DNA of 64,000 bases, taken from a bacterium (lineage in GTDB: Bacteria > SAR324 > JACQKK01). The stretch is from the NCBI GenBank assembly GCA_965240465.1, contig OZ251219.1, positions 1,376,001 to 1,440,000 on the forward strand. The letters run 5' to 3'. The translations under genes were made by a program, and so were the position numbers. The notes beneath the pieces are model-generated. The model was given only the letters and a program-made list of their open reading frames with translations, did not search any database and had not been told where the DNA came from. Shown here piece by piece: positions 38,878 to 48,857 of this stretch (position 1 is its first letter; every line of letters starts with the position of its first letter).

Positions 38878-40452
38878 ATGGCGATTTCTGACAACAAGAA
38901 GAAAGTGGCTAATTCTACTGGTTCCCGTGAGAATTTAATCAGGCGGAGATGGCTGATGGAATTGTGGTTTAGATTGCAGAGCTGGGGGCATTGGATATTA
39001 GTGGTCTTGGTGGTTCTGGGAACAACCTTACTAGTACAATTGGGGCCTGGATTATGGTCAAGGCTTGGGGGCTTAGAAGAAGAAGTAGTAGTAAAGATTC
39101 AGTTAACGCGACAGTTATCAGATTGGCATTCACCTTGGCAGAAGAATTCTCCTGGAGATGCTAGAGGGTCTGGTTTTGTGATCGGAAAAGGACAAGTTTT
39201 AACAAATGCCCACGTAGTGAGTGATGCCCGTCAGGTGCTGGTGTACGACTATCATACGGGCGTTCCCACCTTGGCAGAGGTGGAATATATAGCTCATGAC
39301 AGCGATTTAGCCTTGTTGAAGGTCAGTGATGAGTCATTTGCAAAAGGGGTTAGTCCACTGCCTTTTGGAGGATTGCCTATCTTAAGAAGCAGGGTACGTA
39401 CCTATGGTTTTCCAGCTGGAGGCACGAGAATTTCTCGCACAGAAGGGATAGTATCACGAGTACAATTTTGGAATTATGTTCATTCTGGGGCTGATGCCCA
39501 CATCGCAGTACAAACTGATTCAGCGGTGAACCCTGGCAATAGCGGAGGACCGGTAGTGCAAAATGGTAAAGTGGTGGGAGTGGCATTTCAAAGCAACCGA
39601 GAGCTGAATGATGTAGGATACTTCATCCCCACTACCGTGATTAAACGCTTCCTAAAAGACATAAAAGACGGCCAATACGACGGCTATACTGAATTGGGAG
39701 CCATAACTTCCACCCTGCACAATAAATTCAAACGTGCCTTCCTAGGACTGAAAGAGCAACAAACAGGAGTAGTAGTGAATAATGTTCTGCCTGGATCATC
39801 AGGAGAAGGCTATCTACAAACCGGCGATGTAATATTGGAGGTTGAAGGAGCAACCGTAGATAATGAAGGCACTATCGCCTATGAAAAGCATCGGGTTGCT
39901 TTTGAACAGAAGGCGGAAGAAAAGCTCAACGGTGAAGAGATGAACATGCTCGTCTTGCGAGAAGGGCAACTGTTGAAGCTATCTATCCCGATGAAATCTT
40001 GGTCACGGGCACCTTTCCAACGGCGCCGTTATGAAAATGCTCCTCGCTATCTGATATTTGCAGGGCTGGTCTTTATGCCTTTAGAAAGAGAACTATTTCA
40101 TACCTCTGCGATCACCGATGAACCTCACTTGCTATATGCTCACAGCTATCAACCGCTGGAAGATCCTTCGGCTTTTCCTCCTGATCAGCCCCTTATTGTC
40201 CTGACTAGAATCCTTCCTCATGCTATCAATACTGCCTACAGTCAGTACGAAAAATATATAATTAGCAGAATAAATGGACAGCCCGTACGTACTCTAAAAG
40301 ATATTGCCACAGCTCTGGATACCTCTGGCGACAAACTTGAATTGACCCTCAATCCAGGTAGTATTCTGGTGGTATTCAATCGTGATGAAGCCGATAAAGC
40401 CCACTTAGAAATGCTTAAAACCTATAACATTAACCAAGACCGCCGTCTGTAG
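38878..40452 (+). CDS. HtrA/Deg serine protease with PDZ domains (plant Deg2/9/10-like), intact triad
   Basis: GSGF, LTNAHVV, DSDLALL, NPGNSGGP, YLIFAGLVFMPL. Confidence 0.88.
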   Translation: MAISDNKKKVANSTGSRENLIRRRWLMELWFRLQSWGHWILVVLVVLGTTLLVQLGPGLWSRLGGLEEEVVVKIQLTRQLSDWHSPWQKNSPGDARGSGFVIGKGQVLTNAHVVSDARQVLVYDYHTGVPTLAEVEYIAHDSDLALLKVSDESFAKGVSPLPFGGLPILRSRVRTYGFPAGGTRISRTEGIVSRVQFWNYVHSGADAHIAVQTDSAVNPGNSGGPVVQNGKVVGVAFQSNRELNDVGYFIPTTVIKRFLKDIKDGQYDGYTELGAITSTLHNKFKRAFLGLKEQQTGVVVNNVLPGSSGEGYLQTGDVILEVEGATVDNEGTIAYEKHRVAFEQKAEEKLNGEEMNMLVLREGQLLKLSIPMKSWSRAPFQRRRYENAPRYLIFAGLVFMPLERELFHTSAITDEPHLLYAHSYQPLEDPSAFPPDQPLIVLTRILPHAINTAYSQYEKYIISRINGQPVRTLKDIATALDTSGDKLELTLNPGSILVVFNRDEADKAHLEMLKTYNINQDRRL

Positions 40453-40456
40453 CTAT

Positions 40457-41989
40457 ATGTCCCTTAAACCTTGCCAAACTAATTGCTTCTTTAAGGCAAT
40501 AGCAGAACCACGCAAAACTGGCAATATTTACATAGCATGGCTGGTTGTGTTCCTACTGTTGCCTACGGGTACGGTGCGGGCAGAAAAAGCGATCTCTAGT
40601 TCTATGGTCGGCGTCACGGTGAGTGCTAATAGCTGGAAAGCTAAGCTTCCCTGGCTGGCACACCGAGAAATTTCCCGTAGTGGCAGCGCGGTGGTGGTCG
40701 CCGGGCAAAAACTTTTAACCACAGCTAATCTGGTATCCAATGCCAAAGTGATTCAAATCCGCAAGAATGGAAAGCCACAGAATTACAATGCAATCGTAGC
40801 AAGAATAGATTACGCCGCCAATTTGGCTTTGCTAAGCGTCAATGAAAAGGCTTTTTGGCATGGATTAGAACCGCTATCTATTTCGCAACTGCCCACAGGA
40901 CTTCTAAACTTCAACATTAACCGCTGGCAAGACGGTCGTTTTGAGCAAGGTAGTGCCGAAGTTATTAGATATAGCCAGCATACTTCATTTTATGATTTGC
41001 TACTGGAAACACCTGCTCTCTGGGCAAGTACCAGTTTACAGAAAGTCCTCAATGGGGAGGCTGCCATCTACAACAATCAATTGGTAGGGCTGGCTGCTTA
41101 TAAAAATAAGAACGAAGTACGTCTGATACCCAGTAGCTTGCTGGCATCCTTTGTGGAATCCTTTGCGGCATCCACACTAGCCCGAGGGTCCATATTCATC
41201 CACCGCGGTTTTGATTGGCAAGCCCTTAATCATCCTCACCTGCAGGAACACTTCTCTATCCCCAAAAACGGACATGGAGTACGCGTAAATGAAATTTTCG
41301 CCGAAGGATTTGGCTCTCAAGAATTGCAAAAAAATGACATTCTGCTTGATATAATCGGTTTTGCTATAGATTCTGAAGGGGGTATTAAACACCCTCGTTA
41401 TGGGATAATTCCCTTTACTGTAGTGTTGAATATCACCTCCAGTCCCAGCATTCCTATCAAGCTGATGCGCAATAAACAATTGCTGACGGTTAATGTCAAG
41501 CGAGAGAAAATCTCCTATACGGGTGTTAACATCCATCCTCCCCTGCGTGATGTCCAACCGCAATATGTTGTTTTCGGGGGGCTCATTCTACAGGAGCTCA
41601 GGTTAGATTACCTGCAAAGTTGGGGGGCAAACTGGAAACAAATAGCACCAAAAAGACTAACCTTAGAATACTTACTTAACTCAAGAAGACGCCTTAATCA
41701 AAAAGCATCCCGCGTGGTCATTGTTTCTGAAGTACTATCAGACCCCATTAATTTAGACTACAAAAATGCGGAAGATGTCATCATCCAGTCTGTCAATGGG
41801 CTGGAAGTCAATTCTCTAAAAGATCTTCAACAAGCACTGAAGGTCCCCAAAAACCAACATCACATTTTCAGCCCTATGCCCGGTAAAAATATCGGATTGC
41901 TAGTCTTTCCCGCGGCTGAAATGGAGCAAGCCAACCAGCGTATCGCCAAAAAATACCAGATTCCTGTTGGAACACTGCCACAGCTATAA
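40457..41989 (+). CDS. Catalytically dead Deg paralogue with PDZ domains
   Basis: Collinear with the upstream protease but has LTTANLV, AANLALL and no GNSGG; YVVFGGLILQEL. Confidence 0.8.
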   Translation: MSLKPCQTNCFFKAIAEPRKTGNIYIAWLVVFLLLPTGTVRAEKAISSSMVGVTVSANSWKAKLPWLAHREISRSGSAVVVAGQKLLTTANLVSNAKVIQIRKNGKPQNYNAIVARIDYAANLALLSVNEKAFWHGLEPLSISQLPTGLLNFNINRWQDGRFEQGSAEVIRYSQHTSFYDLLLETPALWASTSLQKVLNGEAAIYNNQLVGLAAYKNKNEVRLIPSSLLASFVESFAASTLARGSIFIHRGFDWQALNHPHLQEHFSIPKNGHGVRVNEIFAEGFGSQELQKNDILLDIIGFAIDSEGGIKHPRYGIIPFTVVLNITSSPSIPIKLMRNKQLLTVNVKREKISYTGVNIHPPLRDVQPQYVVFGGLILQELRLDYLQSWGANWKQIAPKRLTLEYLLNSRRRLNQKASRVVIVSEVLSDPINLDYKNAEDVIIQSVNGLEVNSLKDLQQALKVPKNQHHIFSPMPGKNIGLLVFPAAEMEQANQRIAKKYQIPVGTLPQL

Positions 41990-42012
41990 AGGCACCGTAA
42001 AAGCACCGAAGG

Positions 42013-43308
42013 TTATCGCTCAGTCTTAGTATGGCTAAGAGAAGCACCTGCCGTTTTTTTGAGTACTTCTATTTCAATGGCGATAATCCGCTGGGGGTCG
42101 CGTTCTGTAACTCGGAATAGGTGATTGTTATACTGGTGCTCCCAGCTAAGCGGGGGCAGATGACCTGCTTGCTCAATAATAAACCCACCTAGGCTTTCAT
42201 AGCTGCGTTCTTCGGGAAACTCTAGTCCTAGTTTGTTTTCTAGGTCGCTGATGCTAATACGAGCATCGGCACGCAGGGTGTGATCCCCTATGGGTAGTAG
42301 TTTTAGATCTTCTTGATCTTGTTCATCTTGGATTTCACCCATTAGCTCTTCTAAAATGTCCTCCATGGTGATAAATCCACTGGTGCCTCCAAATTCATCT
42401 ACCACGATAATCATATGAGAGCGTTCTTTTTGCATAATGCGAAACACTTTTGGAATAAGCATTGATTCTGGTACAAACAAAGGCTTGAGAAGTTGTCGGG
42501 CGAGGTAGCTATTTTTTTCAGCCGGATCATCTTTCAATAAGTCTTTGGTATAGAAGATGCCTTGGATGTTGTCGCTATTATTGCTAAATACAGGAATGCG
42601 ACTATAACCACTTTCTTTGGCAATCGTGATAAGTTCTTCGCGGGAGGTTTTCACCGAAACGGATAGCATTTCTGTACGTGGCCGCATAACTTCACGGGTG
42701 GATGTGTCATGGAATTTGAGTACCGCAACCAGTAGGCGTTCTTGTTCAGCCTCCAGTGTGCCTTGTCTACCAGCCATCAGCAGCATATAGTTTAGCTCTT
42801 CCAAAGTTACTACTTGGTTATGATTCAACTGATTCCTGCCCAGCAAAGACATCAGCTTATTAACGACTATGCTTATAAGTCTGGTGAGGGGGTATACTGC
42901 CGCATGGAATACCACGACGATATTCATCGCCAGAGGGGCTAATTGAGGAGCATAAACTCTAGCAAAAGCTTTAGGGGTAATCTCACTACTAAACAGCAAT
43001 AGCAAGGTCATACCGCCAATTACGGCGGCAATGGCATTAGACTGTAGCAGACGGTTGGCTAAGTCGGTAGCTAGCACGCTAGCAGTGATATTAAATAAAT
43101 TGTTGCCAATTAGAATGCTAGTCAGCATATCTCCAGGGTTTTTCTGCCAGATAGACAAACTCTTTGCCCATCTCGGATATTTCTTTTGCAACTGCTCCAG
43201 TTTAGCCAGCGACAATGAGGTTAAAGCAGTCTCTGAACCAGAGAACACCCCAGACATCAGCAGGCACAGCAGAATGCCTGTTAACTCCCATGTTGTGTCC
43301 ACAAACAC
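42013..43308 (-). CDS. HlyC/CorC (CNNM-CBS-CorC) family transporter
   Basis: FSGSETAL, ILIGNN, EITPK, VMRPR, YSRIPV, VVDEFGGTSG, YESLGG. Confidence 0.9.
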   Translation of the reverse strand: MFVDTTWELTGILLCLLMSGVFSGSETALTSLSLAKLEQLQKKYPRWAKSLSIWQKNPGDMLTSILIGNNLFNITASVLATDLANRLLQSNAIAAVIGGMTLLLLFSSEITPKAFARVYAPQLAPLAMNIVVVFHAAVYPLTRLISIVVNKLMSLLGRNQLNHNQVVTLEELNYMLLMAGRQGTLEAEQERLLVAVLKFHDTSTREVMRPRTEMLSVSVKTSREELITIAKESGYSRIPVFSNNSDNIQGIFYTKDLLKDDPAEKNSYLARQLLKPLFVPESMLIPKVFRIMQKERSHMIIVVDEFGGTSGFITMEDILEELMGEIQDEQDQEDLKLLPIGDHTLRADARISISDLENKLGLEFPEERSYESLGGFIIEQAGHLPPLSWEHQYNNHLFRVTERDPQRIIAIEIEVLKKTAGASLSHTKTER

Positions 43309-43351
43309 TCCATTTGAAGGTGACGATTAATTTTTTGGCATTTGTAGCTAT

Positions 43352-43500
43352 TCAGCCTGCCTACACAGGTAATTAATTCCCTGTTGATTAGCACCGTGGT
43401 CGTTATTGTGTCTAAGGCAAACGCATGCCTAAAACCAGATAATAGGTATGCAAACATGCCACAGGCACAATAACGACCACAACCACGACTAGGAGGCTGA
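43352..43500. ncRNA. Candidate structured RNA: rod-like hairpin with asymmetric central bubble
   Basis: Nested inverted repeats tcagcct/aggctga, gtggtcgttattgtg/cacaataacgaccac (15 bp perfect), ggca/tgcc, gcatgccta/taggtatgc. Confidence 0.5.
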
Positions 43501-43699
43501 TCTTCTTGATACATATAATCACGCTGAAAAATTATCCATACAGATATGCCTGTACTCCAAGAGTACTTACACATCCACAGGAAGCTATTCTCCCACAAAG
43601 TTAACAAAAAGTGCAAGTTTTTTCAATTTTTTGCAAAAAAATCAGTAACAGGTTTTTTTAGAGGAAGATATAACATAGGTGCTTATCATTTACGGCTTC

Positions 43700-44866
43700 C
43701 TAGAAAAAATCTCCATAAAAATTTAGCAACCAGCTGAGCAGAATTACTTGAGGCAGGGAGATCAGGGGTAGTAGCAAGGAAATTCTCCAGTTCTTAGTGA
43801 CTTCTTTAATGCCCATTATTTCGGTGGCATCAGTGGCTACCCCAGCCATCATAAAAGCAAACGCATTGCCTGGTGCACCAGCACGATTTGCTAAATCGGC
43901 AGCTAAAGGTACCGAACCTTCTGAGCAAACCTCAATTATAGTCGCTGCCAGCAAGGTAATGGATAATCCCAATAACGAAGGTCCCAGCCAAGCAGTGAAT
44001 TGTTCGGGTGTCAGGAATGTACGCACCGCTGCCGAAATAACTACTCCTAACAGCAACCAGCGGATAATCATGCGTGATCCTAGCAGGCTGTCGCGGATGA
44101 ATTTCAGTAACATTAGGGGGCCCCAACGAATCTTGGATATTTTAGCTAAGTAACGGCGAAGTTCTTGTTTTAATGAAAATTGAGAATCAGAATAAGAGTA
44201 GGGATTGGCAGGTATAAATCCTGCTGTTTCAACCAAATCAATCAGCAACCCTGTGATGATGGCTATCAAAAAAGAGCCGAAGAAGAAAACCAGCGTGAGA
44301 GGCCAGCCCACCAAGCTGATGAGGATGATTGTCAAACTGAGTGAATTCCAAGGGCTGGCAACCAAGAAAGCAACCATTTGGGCAGCAGAGGCACCACGTT
44401 CATAAAAACGCAGGCCGATTAATAGTACTCCGTGGCTACAAACATCAAATAGCAACCCCGCGGTAGCAGCCCTCAAAATGCCGTTAAAACTGCCCCGAGA
44501 ACCCAAAGCTGCCATAACCAGCTCCCTAGGCAGAGCTCCAACTAAGCCAAAGGCTAGAATACCTAGCGTCAAGCCCCATAGCATGGTGTTCAAAATGCTG
44601 TAGATATCATGTACAAAGCTACCAATGGTGCTACCTTCCAGCATTCCATGAAATCCCCAGTGCGACAGATAAGCTACCAAGCATCCCAAAAAGCTAAGGA
44701 TAAACAGCCAGTCTTTGGACTTGAACCAAGCACTCAATGAAAAAACCTTAGCCCGCTCAGACGAATCAGGACAAGCAACACAGCTACTCTTAATCGCAAC
44801 TCCAAGCGATACTGTCTTTGCCTCGGCAGAAGCTGTATCTGAGGAAAACCAATTCATAATGCTCAC
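43700..44866 (-). CDS. DUF318/ArsP-like permease
   Basis: Duplicated DVCSHG / EVCSEG motifs, FLVASP, multiple TM segments. Confidence 0.8.
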   Translation of the reverse strand: MSIMNWFSSDTASAEAKTVSLGVAIKSSCVACPDSSERAKVFSLSAWFKSKDWLFILSFLGCLVAYLSHWGFHGMLEGSTIGSFVHDIYSILNTMLWGLTLGILAFGLVGALPRELVMAALGSRGSFNGILRAATAGLLFDVCSHGVLLIGLRFYERGASAAQMVAFLVASPWNSLSLTIILISLVGWPLTLVFFFGSFLIAIITGLLIDLVETAGFIPANPYSYSDSQFSLKQELRRYLAKISKIRWGPLMLLKFIRDSLLGSRMIIRWLLLGVVISAAVRTFLTPEQFTAWLGPSLLGLSITLLAATIIEVCSEGSVPLAADLANRAGAPGNAFAFMMAGVATDATEIMGIKEVTKNWRISLLLPLISLPQVILLSWLLNFYGDFF

Positions 44867-45181
44867 TTATTGCTTGTCTTCCTTTAATAATTCTTCTAAA
44901 GTTTTGGCGGTAGGAAGGGGTTCTTGCTTTTCAAATATAGTGGGATACTTTTCACACTCCTCTGCGTTCAGCTTGATATAGCTACTCCACTTCTCAGGCA
45001 CTTGATCTTCAGGATAAATCGCTTCCACAGGACACTGTGCCACGCATAAATCGCAATCAATACAAACCTCAGGGTTGATATATAACATCTCTTTACCCTC
45101 GTGAAATGCCTCTACGGGGCATACTTCAGCGCAATCGGTGTACTTGCAGTTTCTACAGTGGGCAGTAATCACATAGGTCAT
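44867..45181 (-). CDS. fdxA: 7Fe-type ferredoxin (FdxA family); start reassigned to MTYVIT
   Basis: MTYVITAHCRNCKYTDCAEVCPVEAF...CIDCDLCVAQCP. Confidence 0.88.
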   Translation of the reverse strand: MTYVITAHCRNCKYTDCAEVCPVEAFHEGKEMLYINPEVCIDCDLCVAQCPVEAIYPEDQVPEKWSSYIKLNAEECEKYPTIFEKQEPLPTAKTLEELLKEDKQ

Positions 45182-45267
45182 TATTGACTTTTTTATTAAG
45201 GTAGAACAAAGCCCATTGGGTATAGTAACATCATAAGCTACCAAATGTCACTAATATAACTGATGAA

Positions 45268-46311
45268 GTGTATTTACCAGTGCACTGCCATAGCAAGCAA
45301 AAAAGCAAGCAGTTTGTTTATTCAGCAGGTAGTACGGTAACTAGTGAAATCTCATCATCAAACCACTCTCAAATAATGATGACCAGCACTGGCAAAAGAA
45401 TGAGATTGAAAAACTGGTGGGTAGCTACTCGTCCTCATTCTTTGGGAGCAACTATCTCACCTTGTCTGGTGGTGGCTGCGTTAGCGTTTCGGCAAGGTTC
45501 GGGGGATTGGATTTTGTGGTTAGCGATTTTAACTGCCGTTTTATTGGTACAGATAGGGGCAAATTTTACCGATGAATTCTCAGACCATAGTACCACAGTT
45601 GATAAATATCCCGCCCCGCACAAGGTGATTGCGAGAGGCTTGTTGACGGCAGTGGAAGTACGTAGGGGAGCGTTGGTGGTATTTAGCGTGGCAACGACCT
45701 TGGGCATATGGATATTATCGCAGGCGGGGTGGAGCTTACTGCCCTTGTGCTTAGCAGCGGTAGCTATCGCTTGGTTTTATAGTGCTGGTAATTATCCTTG
45801 GGGAGATTGGGCGTTAGGCGAGATATTGGTATTTTTGGCGTTGGGACCGGGCTTGATTGCAGGAGGAGTACGAGTGTTGACAGGGGTGTGGTCGTCTGAG
45901 GCGGTTTGGTATTCGTTGCCGTTAGGGGCGTTGGTTAGTGCCATTTTGTTGTTAAACAATCTGCGTGATGAGGCAGAAGATCGCCATCAAGGTAGGCGAA
46001 CCTTAGTTACTCAATTAGGGCATAGGGGAGGAGTTATTTTGCTAATAGGGATATTTTTAATTGTAATGGCTTGGCCTTTGCTAAACATGGTTCTTCACTC
46101 AACTGAGGTAGGTAGGTTTTGGACGATGCTGGTCTGGTTAAGTACTCCATTGCTGTGGCGTGCTTGGCGAGTAGTTCATTTATCGGCTGAGGATGCCCGG
46201 TCATGCTTGCATGAGGGCTTGCGAATAACCGCAGCGGCACATCTTTGTTATGGGTTTTTGCTAGCCTTAGCTTTGTTGCTTGAGGCACAACTACCCCTAG
46301 CAAGCAATTAG
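45268..46311 (+). CDS. menA: 1,4-dihydroxy-2-naphthoate prenyltransferase (real start probably near 45377-45400)
   Basis: ATRPHSL, QIGANFTDEFSD, LGEILVF, NNLRDEAEDR...GRRTL. Confidence 0.85.
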   Translation: MYLPVHCHSKQKSKQFVYSAGSTVTSEISSSNHSQIMMTSTGKRMRLKNWWVATRPHSLGATISPCLVVAALAFRQGSGDWILWLAILTAVLLVQIGANFTDEFSDHSTTVDKYPAPHKVIARGLLTAVEVRRGALVVFSVATTLGIWILSQAGWSLLPLCLAAVAIAWFYSAGNYPWGDWALGEILVFLALGPGLIAGGVRVLTGVWSSEAVWYSLPLGALVSAILLLNNLRDEAEDRHQGRRTLVTQLGHRGGVILLIGIFLIVMAWPLLNMVLHSTEVGRFWTMLVWLSTPLLWRAWRVVHLSAEDARSCLHEGLRITAAAHLCYGFLLALALLLEAQLPLASN

Positions 46312-46316
46312 AGCTC

Positions 46317-46904
46317 TTATAAACCTCGCAAGGAATCTTTCCATGATCTAGTGGGGGCGGTATTCACAATTTCTTCTGTAATTTGCTTAACGTAGTCTGG
46401 AGGTAGTTCACCTAAGATCTTTGCAGCCTTGTCTGCCTTCATTTTTACTAATATCTGCACGGCAATATCCTGTTTTAAGCTTTGCAGACGCTCTGAAGCC
46501 TGCTTGGGAGACATCCCATTAAACAAGGCTACTACCCGCTTTACATTGCCTTGTTCGGCCTCCAGTGCTTGCAAAGACTCTTGTAGCTTTTGCTGTGTTT
46601 TAGCTAGATCTGCCAATTCTTTTTGAATATTTTGTTGTAAATTACGCAATTCTCCTTCTTGGCGAGTTAACAGCCTATCACGCTCATCAAGACTACGCTG
46701 CCTATTCACTAACGAGCTCAGTACTCGTTGCTCTTTTACAGCCGAAGCCTCCACCCCAGCAGGAGTAAATCCTAATCGGGAAAATTTTACCAACTGCATC
46801 CAGTCCTTCAGTTGCTCACGACCAATATCAGTGAATGAGAGAGTGGTCGTAAATACTGTAAAACCTGCCAATAATGCCACCGATGTCCACAGCAACCAAC
46901 GCAT
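46317..46904 (-). CDS. MotE/FlbB/YlxF-like membrane-anchored coiled-coil protein with MgtE-N-like domain
   Basis: TM, coiled coil, FNGMSPKQAS...MKADKAAKILGEL. Confidence 0.7.
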   Translation of the reverse strand: MRWLLWTSVALLAGFTVFTTTLSFTDIGREQLKDWMQLVKFSRLGFTPAGVEASAVKEQRVLSSLVNRQRSLDERDRLLTRQEGELRNLQQNIQKELADLAKTQQKLQESLQALEAEQGNVKRVVALFNGMSPKQASERLQSLKQDIAVQILVKMKADKAAKILGELPPDYVKQITEEIVNTAPTRSWKDSLRGL

Positions 46905-47027
46905 TTGTTAATCTCCTAAAAGTAATCTTAGACCCTAACGCTCATCAGAGTTTATGCAAACTTCCTTCCAAATATCTTAATTTTTATTACTTATATCACC
47001 CGTTAATCCCAGTATATCTGTGCTAAG

Positions 47028-48614
47028 ATGGCTGGGGAGGGAGGACAAAATAACAAGAAAATCTGTCTAAACAAGGCTGGGCGAGAAAATACTATGAAGC
47101 AGGTGGTTATGGTGGGGCGAGTTAATGTGGGGAAATCAACGCTGTTTAATCGCTTGGTGGGTAGGCGGGAAGCATTGGTTAGTGAGGTGGCTGGGGCGAC
47201 TCGTGACATTCGCTGGGGTGAGGTGGTTGATAATAGAAAAAGCAAAAGAAGGGAAAAGCGGAAAGTACTAAAAGAATCAGCCGATAAACAAGAATCTGCA
47301 TACAATGCTGTCACAAAGGAAATCCTATTTCGGCTAGCCGACACTGCTGGCTTAAATACTGGAGATGGAATGGTACATCGTTTGTCACAGAAGGTCTTGC
47401 AAGTAGCCGACTATGTATGGCTAGTGATAGATGCCCATGAAGCAGATAAGGGATTAACAGCCGATGAGCAGAAACTAGCTTGCAAGTTAAGGCGGAGTGG
47501 AAATAATTTTTGTGTGGTGCTGAACAAGTCAGAAAGAAATAGCCACTTGGCAGAGGGAGAGCAAACAGAAGCAGAAGCAGAAGGGTTACGCTTAGGAAAC
47601 GATTTGTTCTGTGTCTCTGCTACACACGGGATTGGATTGGATAACTTGATAAGACACACTCAGGCTTTCTTGGAGGTGAACAGAAGCCAAAGAAATTATG
47701 ATGATACAGTTCGCATGACAAGAAAAGCAGACTCTGCCCCCACAGATGAGCCTGTAGATAAGCCAGCAATTGAAAATTCAATCAGTACTGCAAGCAACCC
47801 AGATGGAGATTTGCAGTTAATGATGTTAGGACGTCCGAATGTGGGCAAGTCATCGCTGGTGAACATGCTATTGGGTGAGGAGCGGATGGTAGTGTCTGAG
47901 GTAGCCGGCGAAACACATGAAGCCATCTCGCTCAAGCTACCCAGAGAGGTAGTTACAAAGGCATTAGGTGCTGGATGTCCTCAGTGGCAGGTGGCGGATA
48001 GCGTGGGAATACGTCGCCAAGCACGCATTGGGGGCGATTTAGAGCGTTTAGGGGTGGCACATAGCTTGCGGATGCTACGCAGGGCGGATGTACTGGTGTT
48101 AGTGTTGGATGCTTCTCAGTCTCCCAGTCGTCAGGATGCACGCTTGGCGTCCATGGTATTACGCTCGGGCTGTGGATTGGTGATAGCGATGAATAAGTGG
48201 GATTTATTAACCGCTGATCAAAGGCGTTCAGCAGAGCGAAACATTGCAGAAAAACTATTTTTTGCGGGCTTTGCTCCACGGGTAGCCACCAGTACAATAC
48301 TAGGAAGCGGCGGCGGACGCCTACTACGCGTGGTCAGGCGGGTACAAAGGGAGCATGGTCGCAAACTTAGGTCAGTGGATCTTAACAGGGCTTTGGAGTC
48401 CATGGTGGTCAATCGTCCACCGCCAGCTGTAGCAGGGCATACCACCAGACTCCTGTACGCCACCCAGACCGACATCAACCCCCCATGCTTTCGCTTGTTC
48501 ACCAACCACCCCGAACAAATACCCGCTTCTTATTCACGATACATTGAGGGGCAAATACGACATCACTTCGGCTTCTTGGGTACCCCGCTCCGATTGATTT
48601 GGCAAGGTAAATAA
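47028..48614 (+). CDS. der: Ribosome biogenesis GTPase Der/EngA (divergent; start likely ATG 47094)
   Basis: GRVNVGKS and GRPNVGKS, DTAG, NKWD, KH-like tail SYSRYIEGQIR..FGFLGTP. Confidence 0.88.
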   Translation: MAGEGGQNNKKICLNKAGRENTMKQVVMVGRVNVGKSTLFNRLVGRREALVSEVAGATRDIRWGEVVDNRKSKRREKRKVLKESADKQESAYNAVTKEILFRLADTAGLNTGDGMVHRLSQKVLQVADYVWLVIDAHEADKGLTADEQKLACKLRRSGNNFCVVLNKSERNSHLAEGEQTEAEAEGLRLGNDLFCVSATHGIGLDNLIRHTQAFLEVNRSQRNYDDTVRMTRKADSAPTDEPVDKPAIENSISTASNPDGDLQLMMLGRPNVGKSSLVNMLLGEERMVVSEVAGETHEAISLKLPREVVTKALGAGCPQWQVADSVGIRRQARIGGDLERLGVAHSLRMLRRADVLVLVLDASQSPSRQDARLASMVLRSGCGLVIAMNKWDLLTADQRRSAERNIAEKLFFAGFAPRVATSTILGSGGGRLLRVVRRVQREHGRKLRSVDLNRALESMVVNRPPPAVAGHTTRLLYATQTDINPPCFRLFTNHPEQIPASYSRYIEGQIRHHFGFLGTPLRLIWQGK

Positions 48615-48640
48615 GCAAAAAAGGTGTCTTTTAGGTTGAA

Positions 48641-48799
48641 TTATAGTTTGGTTTCTACAAACCAAACATGCTTTCTGACACGGGGGTCATATTTTTTCAA
48701 ACGCAGCTTTTCAGTCTGGTTCTGCTTGTTCTTTGAGGTGGTATAAAAGCTACCAGATACCTCAGACTTTAAATGGACGGTTTCACGATTTACAGCCAT
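48641..48799 (-). CDS. rpmG: 50S ribosomal protein L33, cysteine-free form (not in ORF track)
   Basis: [52 protein letters not shown]. Confidence 0.93.
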   Translation of the reverse strand: MAVNRETVHLKSEVSGSFYTTSKNKQNQTEKLRLKKYDPRVRKHVWFVETKL

Positions 48800-48857
48800 A
48801 ACAGTATCTCCCTTGCTTTAGGGTGGCAGATTTATCTAGCATCCGCAAGTACAAAAA

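Noticed and set aside
43352-43500. Firm call as retron ncRNA, SRP RNA or a named riboswitch
   Set aside because: No RT nearby, no SRP loop motif and no riboswitch consensus recognised; kept only as an unnamed candidate.
43281-43737. ORFs 43281..43616 and 43546..43737
   Set aside because: No recognisable motifs and both overlap neighbouring genes; the region is better explained by the nested inverted repeats.
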